Shown here: in pieces, positions 1-11,382 of the stretch
Position numbering within the stretch: the stretch's first letter is position 1
Layout of the letters: each line of letters begins with the position of its first letter
Notes under the pieces: generated by a model
The model's input: the letters and a program-made list of their open reading frames with translations, nothing else
Database searches by the model: none
What the model was told of the DNA's origin: nothing
Source of the DNA: Cystobasidiomycetes sp. EMM_F5
Lineage: Eukaryota
Length of the DNA stretch: 64,000 nt
Assembly (NCBI GenBank): GCA_051047955.1
Contig: JBPGPT010000039.1
Location: 1 to 64,000, forward strand
Reading direction: 5' to 3'
Position numbers and translations under genes: made by a program

Positions 1-1004
1 CGTCGCCCTTACGGCAGCAAACCTGTTTACAATAATCCGATACGTTGTTTTTTGCTCGTACCGGCGTCACAATTAACCTACCGCGCCTTACACGTTGAAG
101 AAGGTGACCTGTCGGTAATCAACAGCCCAGATAACTATTACGACGAGTTCTCAGAGCCGCACCTCTGCACACTGCCTGAACATTTAGGTGGCCTGAAAGT
201 CTGGTCTCTGATGTTTTACGGAGTTCTGACTCAGGATGAGGAAGAATGGGGTTTCAAGGTGCGACTCCTCGAATATGTAATATGCAGCATCATCTGACAG
301 GCGGTTTCCTTGCAATCTGGCAGGACCAGACGAGGGCACCCCGACGCGTGGAAGACAAGCTGCGCCTGTTTAGTGAAGCCCTAAAGGCGGGCGGCTACCC
401 GTCACCGGATCTAGTCATCACGCATTCTGGGTATGGTCATTAGTATCAGTATCAAGATGTGCGTCTTTCTGCTAATTGTTTGCCCATCGTTATTACAGCC
501 TGTGGGACTTGGCGACATCCAATATTCGCGACGTCAGAGCAGATGCGCCGGCTGCCGAAGTACTATCTCTGAAGACTATCTCAACAATTCGGTCAAGGAC
601 GATAGAACATCTGACTGCCATCAAGGAGACCTGGCCTGAGAGCAAGCTCATGTATCGCACGGTTCACAACGTTGTGCCCAATCCCGCCGGCGATTGGTTC
701 CTGAAGTCATTGCCGTTGCCGCCTTCTGGCAAGCCGTACGCAAAGATTGCACGCGTACCCATGGCCACGCCCAAGGTGTGGCAGCTGAATGCGCTCACAC
801 ATTCACTGTACAATGAGCAAGGCAAGCAATCAAGCAATGCATCCACAATACCCCACTTCGACCTGTTCGATGTGTCTCAAGTGACGCAAGCGTACACTGC
901 CGACTGTGAGTCCATGTCTCGTATGCGGTTGAGTGCGGGGAATATCCTACTGACGCTATCAACGTAATTTTCAAGTCAACGATTTCGTCCATTTACAGGG
1001 GATA
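1..1004 (+). CDS. 3' part of a spliced gene, possible Cap64/Cas3-like (SGNH-type) polysaccharide-modifying protein
   Basis: ORF pieces 52-297, 246-443 and 476-967 join through GT..AG introns, giving '...PDLVITHSG|LWDL...WPESKLMYRT...QLNA'. This resembles the HSGLWD motif of fungal capsule-associated Cap64/Cas3 proteins. The 5' end is outside the window and the 3' end is approximate. Confidence 0.4.
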
Positions 1005-1274
1005 GGTCTATCTCTGTATGCGCAGATGCTTTTATACTATATGAGGACGTATTTCGCCTGATGTGCGATCCACGGACCTTGTTTCGCGATTCAGTAATCA
1101 GTTAGCATATGTTCACTGTACCTCTACCATGTCGCCATACTATGTATGAATGCAAATACACCTAGAATACACCACTGACGGTCTCGACACTCGACAGCGC
1201 TGAGTCTGGTGCTGCGGCTGTCACTTGATATTGCCGTTTCTGGCGGGGGGCTGGTCGACGGCTCGTTGGTCGGG

Positions 1275-3008
1275 ATGTCCCTTCTGCGACTGAGTGCAGT
1301 GGGCGACGCTGGACAGCATGCACGCTCTGAGCAAGGTCAACAATGGCCTCTACAACCCCAGCAGGCGTACACTTCGTACCCGTTGCGCTCATCTCACAGA
1401 CATACCGAGTCCATCTTTGAGGATGTCAAATTGGGCAAGGCCAAGCTGCATCGGGAGTGGAAGTGGATGCGAAGCCATGCACGCAGTCTGGGCGTGCTCC
1501 TACTCTGTTCTATCTACATCTGGCGATACCTTGCTGCTCCAGCTCGGGTGTCAAGCGGAGAAGCCATTCCTGCAGCACCTTCAGCGCCGAGAAGCCTCAC
1601 GAGCGTGCAGCCCATGACGCTCGTAGCAACATGGCTGGGCGACAACGAAAGAAGCATGAACTCCTTTCCTGCATGGCTGCATTCAATCAAGGCTCAAAAG
1701 GCGCCAGTCGAGGTCATCTGGCTCAACTTTTATTCAGAATCCTCCCCGAATTGCCTCGACCTTCAAGCGGTCGCAGGGGAATGGAGCAAAGTCCGACAGC
1801 TCTGTGTGCACCGAGACGATTTTTACAAGCACATAGCGGAGGAGTTGTGTAGATCCTGGGAATGCACGGCGGTGGAGAAGGACCAGATCCTCAGCCATAT
1901 GCAGTGGTTAAATGATAATGATGACAACCTGGTCTTGATGAGGGTGAGCCACACCTACATTGGCACGAGGTTTGACTACTGAAAATCTGCTTAGCCGTTT
2001 CTTGGACACTATCTGAGAGATCACATCAAAACTGATTGGTGGGCATGGACGGATTCAGTGAGTAGACCTGCATTGCTGCAATACAGGCGACTATACTTAA
2101 TCGCCTCTCTAGGACATGTTCCTTGGCGATTTGTCGGTCAACTTCCCCTACAGCGTCATGGAACAATTCGATATTATCACGATCGCTGAGGGGCCAAAGG
2201 AAAGCTTCTACCTGCATGGTCAATTCACAGCGTTTCGCAAGTCTGCTCTACTCGAGCATCTACAGTCAGCACGAGCGTACTCATCACCAGAGGAATTCAT
2301 TGACAAGATGCACCCGGATCATAATGCAGAAGAAGTGTTCTGGAGCGACGCTCTCATGCTGAACGAGCGTTTGCGCAACAAGCTGAATTGGTTGCAGATC
2401 AAGGGCAAGCAAAATGATGTCCGAGGTACAGAACGCATCGTCGTGCACCGTGACACCATCATCAAAGTCGACGCAGTAGCCAGTCGCCAGCAGGTTGAGG
2501 AGCGGCTTCACCGCTCGAGTGTGCCCTATATTGCATTTACCGACACTGGGCAAATCTACGAAATGAATCGGACTTTCGACTCTGGAGCTTGCGCACCATG
2601 GGTATGTCCCTACGCGCATGTCTTGGTAGGTCAGTCCACGTACTGACGTTCGTTAATCAGAACCCAATTCATTTTTGCCCGGTCCTGGATACCGAGGACG
2701 AGCGGAACTTTCATGTATATTGGATGAGGAAGAATGGCGACTACCTTGTCCGCTTTGAGCCAATGACAGCACAATCGCAGTCTTCGTGGCACGACGATGT
2801 TTTCGAAGCACACTTTCAATGCTCAAAGGAGTGGCTTCGCTTGCCCCGCACACAAGATGTCGGAGGCAGCTTGCACGATCTCGTGTATGACTTCCAGGCT
2901 CAGTCTGTCAACGTCTGGCGCAAAGGGCAGCCGCATACGACTTTATACAGTCAAGCCAAACCAGCCTACCCACCGGACCGTGGGTCTTTTGGATATTGTC
3001 CGTGGTAG
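1275..3008 (+). CDS. Type II membrane protein, putative GT-A glycosyltransferase (DUF6625-like)
   Basis: About 4 exons (~1275-1942, 1995-2057, 2114-2601, 2661-3008). One N-terminal TM segment (LGVLLLCSIYIW). The spliced motif WWAWTDSDMFLGD contains a DxD and is followed by YLHGQFTAFR. Confidence 0.55.
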
Positions 3009-3161
3009 CTGTAACAGGACTATAAGTTCACCAGGAGTTCAGTGCGCCGGATCAACACGACCGCAATGTAGCATAGCCTATTCGAAACTTTGATGATGTA
3101 GTTTAGCAAACAAATGGCCTTTCTTTCGCCCGACTTGGACTGAGAGCTATGAAGGCCGACG

Positions 3162-5415
3162 ATGACTATGACCACGCTCTCGCTAGAACCTCTGCGGGCT
3201 GCTCTGACTGACGTTGACGAAAAGGGCGAGGCTGTCCTCGATGTCGCGCCTGATATCGCTGCAACGGCAACACTGGCAGCCCGTCTGCAGCGGCTATGGC
3301 TCGAACGGGGGGACTTTGGCAAGATATCGACGTCCAGTCTGCAGCAGGAAGCTGGCGATGACCAGAAAAAGTCCGCCGAAACATCTTTACTCGTTGGTAC
3401 AGAAGAGAGCCTGGTTGAAACGGCAGCAGCGTCGAGCGGTGATGACGATGAAGTCAACAGCCAGTTGACGCCCGAGCAGCTGTGGAATGTCAAGAGCGAG
3501 ATACTTCAAGGTCTCAAGTGAGCAGCTTTCAGGGATTTCTCATGTTTCAATATCGGTATTCATGTCTGGGGTCTCATTACAACCATTGCAGCCTGGCAAG
3601 AATCGACATTACATCGGCATTGGACTTGCTGCAGTTGTTACTCAATCCACTGGGCGCATTGAATCCAGTAGTCCCCGAAGATGCACTGGCACTACCATCG
3701 GGCAGCCTTTCGGCATCCCTGCTACACGTACCCTTGCCCCCACCCTCTGAGCAAGTACTCTTGAACAACATGGCATTGTCATTTGCTACCAAAGTCAAAT
3801 CTGTGGGAGCTGCATCCTCCGTACTCCGTAAAGCAAGTCAGCGGCTCGGACGAACTACCAACACAACACAAAACGAATGGACAGAGCTGCTTCGCTTAAA
3901 GCGGGCTGGCGAATGGCGTCTTGAAGCACACGGTTCTCGCGTTCCTGCATCCAGCTTGGATGTCGGCGCACCTGTCAACATTGACAAGCTTGCGAAGGAC
4001 GTTTTCGTCTTTTGTGGCATTGAGGAGGCTCAGCTACAATGGCGCCAGGCTGGTATTGCACGACTCAAGGACTCGACAACACCAACGTCGGGCACTGATG
4101 AGAAAGGATCTTTTCGCTTTGCGGAACGAGTCGAAGGCAGGCGTCGCTTGGCTGTCAAGATTAGCCTGTCCAGAGCCATCGCTTCTACCATGGATGATGT
4201 CAAGCCTGACGATAGGGAAGACTATGAGTATACTCCCTTAAGCCTCACAAAAGATGATGAGGAATCGACGGCGGGTGTGACCTCCTCCTTGAGCCGAGCG
4301 CAACGGGAGCTGTTCGAAGAAGAGCTGTTCGCGCAAATTGTGCACGAGGCGAGAGAATCCTCTCATAAAGTAAATGCTACACGCGAGTCTATCACTCTCA
4401 CGTTCCAAGCCGACCAGGGCAAGCCAATTGCCATCACCTTTACTATGGTGCCAAGCGATACAACACCCCGAGACGCAAGTTCAACTACAAGAGAGTCCGC
4501 GCGAAATGTACCTTTAGCCCGCATTGCGCACGCTGTCGTGCGATTAGCTCTGGTTGAAATCTACAGATCACGGCGCAGGAATCTGCAAATCACCTCTGCT
4601 CAAACGGCCATAGCGATGCCAGCTGATCCTCCAAGATTGCTGCCCCTGCTCGTGGAGTTGCTCACTTACTACGCATACGTTACCAACTTCCGGAACCACC
4701 TTCTAGCCATTCGTAATACTGTAGCTGGTCTATGTATTTTCGACGCTCAGCGACCTTTGCTGGTCGACTTTGTCGGACTCCTCGATGAGCCCAACGACGT
4801 TTGGACAGGCTTGCAGAATGGTGCGACGAGTGAAGGAGGACAAGCTGTTCGCCTAGGGAGCTCGATCATCTTACAATTAGGCGATCATTCTCTGCACTTT
4901 ACCTTGTCGTCCAGCAAATATACGACAATCTTGCATCTTCCAGAGCGCGACGTAACCCTGCCTTCACGGTCAGAAGTCGACACTGTTCTACAGCAAGGAG
5001 TTAGAGCGGCCGTGCTAGGGCAGTTGGAACATGTCCTGAACAATGCTACGAATGGTAAGCAAGGCTGGGAGGTCTTGCCTACCCCTCCAAACATTGGCAA
5101 AAATGCTCGTGCGCTTGCGAGACGCTCTGTCCCTGGGGTTACAGCGCATATTGCGGAGTTCATGTAAGCTCTGTCTATAGACGTGTGCGTCATTTTATCT
5201 AACGACACAATGCGCACGTTATCTTATTTGACAGTGCCGTCACACCTGTTGTCTCTATTTCCAACGGTACATCTAAGATTTCTCTAGAAGCCATCTTCTC
5301 CATTCGCAGTGAAGACCGTACCGTCCGATCTACATTCATTTCTACACCTGATGCGACAGACCACTCCGGACAGCCTAATCTTCCTGTATGGCTGGCTGAA
5401 CAGCTATCGGGCTGA
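3162..5415 (+). CDS. MED17: Mediator subunit 17 (Srb4)
   Basis: N-terminal 'LSLEP...LQRLWLERGDFGKIS', then 'ARIDITSALDLLQLLL' and 'LSRAQRELFEEELFAQIVHEA', all typical of fungal Med17. Introns at ~3518-3590 and ~5164-5234. Confidence 0.85.
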
Positions 5416-5503
5416 AATTCTGTGAAGCTACATTTGCTTGCTCACAGTTCGCAAGAGCTATGCTGGGTAAGTGGAACTCTACGATGTTGCGAAAGAATGC
5501 GCT

Positions 5504-7304
5504 CTAATGGAGTGCAGTGCGGTCCGCCCAAGCTTTTGTGCCCATCTCCACAAGACGGGACTGATGGCAAGTAAAACGCACCCAACATCAGCAAACATCC
5601 GCCCGGGGAACTGCACATGCAGAGTAACACTCACGACAGCTCGGGCAAAAGCAAAAACCTCCTCATCTCCTGTGAAGATGGAGGACGCGCCGACAGTTTC
5701 GGCATTCAGGCCAAGATCGTCCATCATTGATCTCTGGTGTGCTGAAATATCTTCGGATGCTGGACCTCGCTTATCGCTAAAGATTTCCGTTATCGGCACG
5801 TCGGACAGTGTCAATATTTTGGTTTTGCCCTCATAAGCGGCATCTATAAAGAGGATGAATCGCCTCGCACGATCTCGTTCGTTGAAGGTGAGTTGCGGTA
5901 TTTCATCGATGAAGATGGTTTCGAAATTGTTGACAATCTCAATGTAGTCTGCAGCAGACATAGGCTGCCCGCATAGCTCTGCAAAAGTGAAGCGCGCTAC
6001 GCGACCGCTCGATTGCGGGACGTGCAATTGACGACCCCAGACATTGAGCGTGCGAGTGGTGCTTACGCTATCAGCACCAAGGCCGCTTGCAGATGACGTC
6101 AAGCCGCCAAAGAGCTTGTCGAATTCGGAACGGTTCTCATTGGTGATTGGGTGGTAGTAGACTTTGGAGAGTGCCCGCGGCAATTTACGGTAATCTGTGG
6201 GTGAATCGAGATCTACGACCTTGAAACGCTCGTTTATGAGCTCAATGCACGGGATGAAGGAGGAGCGTTGTATGCCGTTCTTGTAGAGATCGTCAGGCGG
6301 GCGACTGGAAGAGAAGACAAATTCAGTCATACTGTGCGAATCAAGCAAGAAACCCGAAGTAGCTTCACTTTGACGTTATGACCACCACGAAGCCATAGCC
6401 GATGAGCGCTTCCAGTAGGCGTCTTAGTATCATTGCTGATTACAGCGGGAACAGTCAGGCGATGCGTCAATGTAAAAAGTTCGCGCCTACCATCCGCAAT
6501 ATCCGTCACTTGAAACTCGTCAAAGCACAGCATCCGACCGTCGCGTGCCAATTCTCTTGCTACTGGCACGATTGCATCGCCCTTGTTTGTTTGACCATCC
6601 TGCTGGCTGGCCATCCTATGCAATCGCTTGTGCACGTCCATCATGAAGGCATGAAAGTGTACTCTGCGTTTGCGTACGCTTGCAGGGAGGCTCTCGTAGA
6701 ACAAGTCCATAAGCATAGTCTTTCCGCAGCCCACGTCCCCGTAGAGATAGAGCGATTTCGGCACGTCTGGCGGAATCTCGGGCAGCGGTGGGACTGTCGA
6801 CACTGCGTCTCCAAACAGCCTGCCCATCCATCCAGACCTGGGCGAGGCATTCGACTCTGCCAGCGGTTCCGGGACTGGGGGTGGGTCATACTCGAGCACG
6901 GCTCTGTACAGCGACTCCAAATCTTCGACTACGGTCAGCTGGTGGGCGTCTTTTCTGAGCTGCCCCGCTTTGACGCGCTCTGCATATTCGTCTGCGGGTC
7001 CTTCTGGCGGTTCTGCGCTGGATGTGTATCTTCTGGCGCGTTGCTGGCGGGAATAGGGGATTGTATTGACTGCAGAATGACGGCGGAGCAGTGAAGGCGG
7101 CGTATATAAAACCTCAGCAGCAGCATTGGCAGCGGAATGGACGCCAGCTGTCCGAGTAATATGGCTATGCTTGAGTCTGCTGGGCTGCAGAGTGCGGTGA
7201 CCGAGAATGGCGGCTTTGGCTGCAATACTGCGACTACTGCCCGCGCTGATGCCATGTCCACAGGTGCATACAGCGCTACGCAGCATCGACTTCATGGCAG
7301 TCAT
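5504..7304 (-). CDS. AFG1: AFG1/ZapE-family mitochondrial ATPase
   Basis: Walker A YGDVGCGKT, HFHAFM, Walker B LCFDEFQVTDIAD, RPPDDLYKNGIQR, C-terminal FAFARAV|SRLVEM. Arg/Ser/Ala-rich presequence. Several introns. Confidence 0.93.
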
Positions 7305-7548
7305 GGCTGCATACCGGTAATTCGCTGAAAAGAGAAACCACCTTGGACCGGCCAGGAACGGCACTCGAGCCGAAAGCGGGGCAGGGCATATTATCCTAAC
7401 GAGGTAAACAATCGCGAGATTTTTGGATTGTTGCACATGTAGACTGTTACAATTGCTCATAACGACCATTCAATGGGCTTTGGCTATTCCCGCCACGTGA
7501 GCGTCAAGCATCACGTCTGCTGAAATGTCAGGACACTCAAATAATGTA

Positions 7549-8581
7549 TTACTTGTGCCTTCCGAAGGCTTTCCTTGTGCCTTGCCAAACGCGACTGTCC
7601 CTCAGAACATCCCGCATCCGTACCCTCCCGGCACCTGCATTGTCGCCAATCATCGGATCGCCATCGTTGTAAGGAAGGGAGGTCTGGTACGCCGCAGTAC
7701 TGAATGCACCACTGGCGCGCGACTGACGTCTGTCTTCACTTGGTCCGGCAGGATTTGGAGTTGTTGAACGCAAATTAGTGAGTGATTGCTGCGAAGCGCG
7801 ATTCGAGGCGGTTGTTCCAGCGTAGAATCGCTCCGCTCGCGTACCTGGGCCGCTTGAATGGTTCACACTGGTCGAGGCACCGCTGTCGCGTCGTCCGTGA
7901 TCCTCAGAACGGATCGGCAGGTTGGTACTGGATCCTAAATAACGCTCGTCAGCCGGTTGTTTGTTACGACGTGGCATTCAGCGCGGATTTGGATTCACCA
8001 AGCTGGAGTCCCGTCATCGGAACCTGGATACTGGGCTTACGGCTTGCCACAGATCCTTTGCTCCCTTCAGTAGGGTGTAGGTACAACTGGCTGCTTGACC
8101 CGCCTCCTGGTCGTCCAGATGCGAACGAGGGGAAGCCAGCGCTGTTCATCAGCTGCCTTGCATCGGAGCTGGTGCCCACGTTATACGATACAGCAGATGT
8201 AGGTGTTGAACCTACATCGTTTGAGCGGAACGGCATGCGAACACCAGAATCACCTGACGTGGCTCTGCTCTTCTGCTGCGACATTGTCAAACTTGTGGAA
8301 GAGGCATTCGGCGTGGGTACTGGCCGATGGATACGAATGGGCGTACGCTGTGATAGATTACTGATCCATTCACCAGCATTTGCTTTGTTTACGGTCAGCG
8401 TTTCGGACACAACGTGCCCGTCTGCCATTTGATGATTTATGCCGAATGTCTTCATGTCGCCATGTACAAGCACATACTGCACGCCAGATGTAGCTTTCGG
8501 GATAGGACGAATGCGGAGATAAGCCTGCTTGTTGACATTGATAGGCTGTTGTGTAAGGGCGTCGAGTATAGGTGTAGACAT
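7549..8581 (-). CDS. Orphan family B, member 1 (hypothetical; N-terminal beta-rich domain plus Ser/Arg-rich tail)
   Basis: ORF from ATG 8581 (MSTPILDALTQQPINVNK) can join ORF 7549-7977 through a phase-1 intron ending at CTGAC...TTTAG (7935). The N-terminus aligns with that of 10185-11015. Confidence 0.6.
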
Positions 8582-9129
8582 AGTGCTTTGTGTATTGTGA
8601 ACTCGAAACGATAGTTCGATGGTGAGGGATAGGGATAGAGAGGCAAGATGCAAGAGGCAAATAAATGCCTAAAATGTACCTGGAAAGCACCAGGACGGAT
8701 GGATCCCGATACTTCGGCCCAGCCGCCGTCCTGCTTCAGCACTGCCGGGCGCTGAGGCTGTTCTACGGGTGGTCCTCACATAGCGGTCTTTTCGAAAGGA
8801 TGCCTTGCAAAACCCGGACCATTCCTTTGCCTGGGGCCTGGCTGGCTTTCGTATCGCATTGCCGAACTGTTGTCAATTTTGCGATAGCACTAAGTGTCTG
8901 TTTCAGACTGAGAAGGTTGAAAAAAAGAGTCAGCCCTGCGGTTGGAAATGTCCGCGATTTGGATCTGGCGATTTGCTTATATTGTGCGCTGAGTCTGGGC
9001 ACCGAAGCAACAGAGTTTGAGCGGCATACACACTATCTGAACAGCGTATAGTATGAAAGCTGTATGTTTCAACTAGCAAAATCGCCGCGCGAGTGTATGA
9101 GTGTATGAGTGTATGATTGTGTGAATCTG

Positions 9130-9750
9130 TTACCATCTACGGCGAAGGAAAAACTGGCTCAACCAGCCCGCGGCTCTGGGACGTTTCTTCCCTTGTCGAG
9201 AAGCTGTCGGCTGCACAAATGATCGATTATTGACCGCAGGCGCATGTAACGGGTGCAGAAAGGCGTCTATGTCATTAAGGACTTGTTCCCGCGTGCGGTC
9301 GTGCTGAGGGGGAATGGTTGTCCGTGGCGCAGGCTTATCATTTCGATTACCTGCGCTCGCGCTCGTGCCGATAGTAGTGGACACCAACTTCTGTCTTCGA
9401 ACAGAGTGAGAGGTTGCCGGTACCTGCGTTACTTGCTGCAGTGAGTGAAACGATCGTGCCAGTTGTACACGATGTGGCCTGTTCTTCACATAGCAAATTG
9501 GTCGATTGAGCGCGTTTTCCACGTAATAACAATCACCGTCGGAAGACTTCGTCCAGATTTCTTTTTGAGAGTCTGGATGACTGCGAGCTGAATGGCGAAC
9601 CACGACTGTAGGTGGCGGACTGCCACCAACCCAGACATGGATGGGGGCGCCATCTGCGTGCAAGGACGGCACAACAATGTGTTCTACACTGCCCCAGTCG
9701 ATTGGTGTGCCCGTGTTGGTGATGTGATCATGCTGGATGTTCGGAGTCAT
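9130..9750 (-). CDS. Orphan family B, member 2 (hypothetical, 206 aa)
   Basis: Uninterrupted ORF. Shares PID...EHIVVPSL, ETW/EIWT.S.D...YYV...RP...(V/I)KNR and 'FLHP' motifs with 10185-11015. Confidence 0.7.
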   Translation of the reverse strand: MTPNIQHDHITNTGTPIDWGSVEHIVVPSLHADGAPIHVWVGGSPPPTVVVRHSARSHPDSQKEIWTKSSDGDCYYVENALNRPICYVKNRPHRVQLARSFHSLQQVTQVPATSHSVRRQKLVSTTIGTSASAGNRNDKPAPRTTIPPQHDRTREQVLNDIDAFLHPLHAPAVNNRSFVQPTASRQGKKRPRAAGWLSQFFLRRRW

Positions 9751-10184
9751 ATCAGGAGAGAAAATGGGTTCAGCGTTCCCGATTTGTGCAATGTGTATGT
9801 CACAGGTCAAGGTTGCTATAATGCAAGGGTTCTATACCGCAAAAGTGCGGCCTATATTCGCGCTTAAAAGGGGAATCTGCAGCGTCAAACGCAGCCACAA
9901 ACACAAAGGCACTAGCACGTCACCTACACTTTTCAAGGGTTTCACCGGGCGTGTATAAATAAAGGGCTTGCTATGCTTTTGCAATCGCGACGGCTACAGA
10001 GTCCGTCAATATAACTGAGGAGGTTGGCCTTTTATTATGAGTGAGTACTGCGACAGAAAGAGGCTGCTCAGTGCGGAGGATGTGTGACTAGACTTGATGT
10101 GTGACAGCTCTACAATTCTATGCGAATGGAATGCTCTACTGGCAGCGAACGGCAGTGGGAGAGAGCGCGATGACAATAAGAGGT

Positions 10185-11015
10185 CTAATGGGCCCCGCTG
10201 CGCGTAAAGGGGTGTCTGATCTTTTGACGGAGCCATTCCCTCTTTCGACCGGTACGATCGTCTGCGGAACGATTGGCGTCTCCGGAATCTTGCCGTAGCG
10301 GAGACGGCTGCCGCGCAGTTTGTCCGCTTGCGCCTTGAGAAAGCGATAGACGCGACCCTTGCCGAGAGGTCGGAAGCGTCTGACGGGATCGATTGGGGTG
10401 TAAAAATTCCTCGAGACCTGCTTGAAGGTCCTGTCTGGATCGTGTTGGATTGTCGAAGATGGCGGTACGACCTGACTGCTGACTGCTAGCAGATGGACGA
10501 CGTGCCGTGTTTTGCGTCAAGCCATACGTTTGTGGAAGAGTAAGGTTCGTAGCACTGGCAGATTGCTGTCGAGGTGTCCAGGCTCCGCCCAAGTTAGACT
10601 TCGGTATTGCGAGATTGGTGCGACTACCGGATGGTGTTGACCCTCTGCCTTGCCCTCCAGACTGAATTAAAGTGGCAGAGGCCGCGTACTGCTGGTTGCC
10701 GTATGGATTTTGTGCAGACGAGCGCTGTGCAGAGGCCACTGGCATCACAGTATACGGCATGTAGCGGTTGCGAATGTGTGCTACCGGTCGCTCAGCACTG
10801 CCTCTCACGTAATATGAAGTCCTATCATCTGAAAGCGTCCAGGTCTCCGCATCCTCACCGGGATGAGTGATCCAGATGCTCGGGTCGATGTTACTGTGAA
10901 CTCGGATATAGAGAGGCCCACTAGTCTTTCCTAGAGAAGGTATGACAATGTGTTCGTCTTTCGTGATGTCAATCGGTTGCTTGGTGCGATGGTCTAGTAT
11001 TTGTGCGTTTGACAT
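10185..11015 (-). CDS. Orphan family B, member 3 (hypothetical, 276 aa)
   Basis: Uninterrupted ORF MSNAQILDHRTKQPIDITKDEHIVIPSL..., homologous by eye to both neighbours. TATA-like element about 100 bp upstream. Confidence 0.72.
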   Translation of the reverse strand: MSNAQILDHRTKQPIDITKDEHIVIPSLGKTSGPLYIRVHSNIDPSIWITHPGEDAETWTLSDDRTSYYVRGSAERPVAHIRNRYMPYTVMPVASAQRSSAQNPYGNQQYAASATLIQSGGQGRGSTPSGSRTNLAIPKSNLGGAWTPRQQSASATNLTLPQTYGLTQNTARRPSASSQQSGRTAIFDNPTRSRQDLQAGLEEFLHPNRSRQTLPTSRQGSRLSLSQGASGQTARQPSPLRQDSGDANRSADDRTGRKREWLRQKIRHPFTRSGAH

Positions 11016-11107
11016 TTTGGGAATGGGTGGTGTTTGGATTGCTTGCGGTCTCAACTGTACACTGTGGAGAAGAGGTTAGAGGAAAAGCAAGGCCGTTGAC
11101 GGTGTTC

Positions 11108-11120
11108 TCTTTTTATAGGG
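11108..11120 (-). promoter_or_regulatory. Candidate TATA box for the 10185-11015 gene
   Basis: Minus strand reads CCCTATAAAAAG about 100 bp upstream of ATG 11015, followed by a pyrimidine-rich leader. Confidence 0.4.
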
Positions 11121-11382
11121 TTGCGGCGGCGTATGCACGGATCCAGCCCGCAGAAAGCTACGCCGACGTGCAGGACAGCCAGCTACTGCCTCTCCGACAA
11201 AGGCGTTAGTCAGCTCGCTCCGTACGCTCTTTGCTTTGCGTCGACTGGAGTGAGCTCGTCAGCTGCATCTTCAGTACATTTCATCGCTTTTTGTCAAAGT
11301 CGTAATTAGCTGATGCGTTGCCATTGAACAGCGGTCAGCGACACTCGAGTCTCCGCAATTACTCGCATTGCATCCAGCAGCC

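Noticed and set aside
6402..7094. 230-aa plus-strand ORF
   Set aside because: Antisense to AFG1.
7782..8432. 216-aa plus-strand ORF
   Set aside because: Antisense to family B member 1, non-ATG start, no recognisable features.
9091..9116. (GAGTGTAT)3 short tandem repeat downstream of family B member 2
   Set aside because: Too short to interpret. Likely simple slippage in a 3' UTR.
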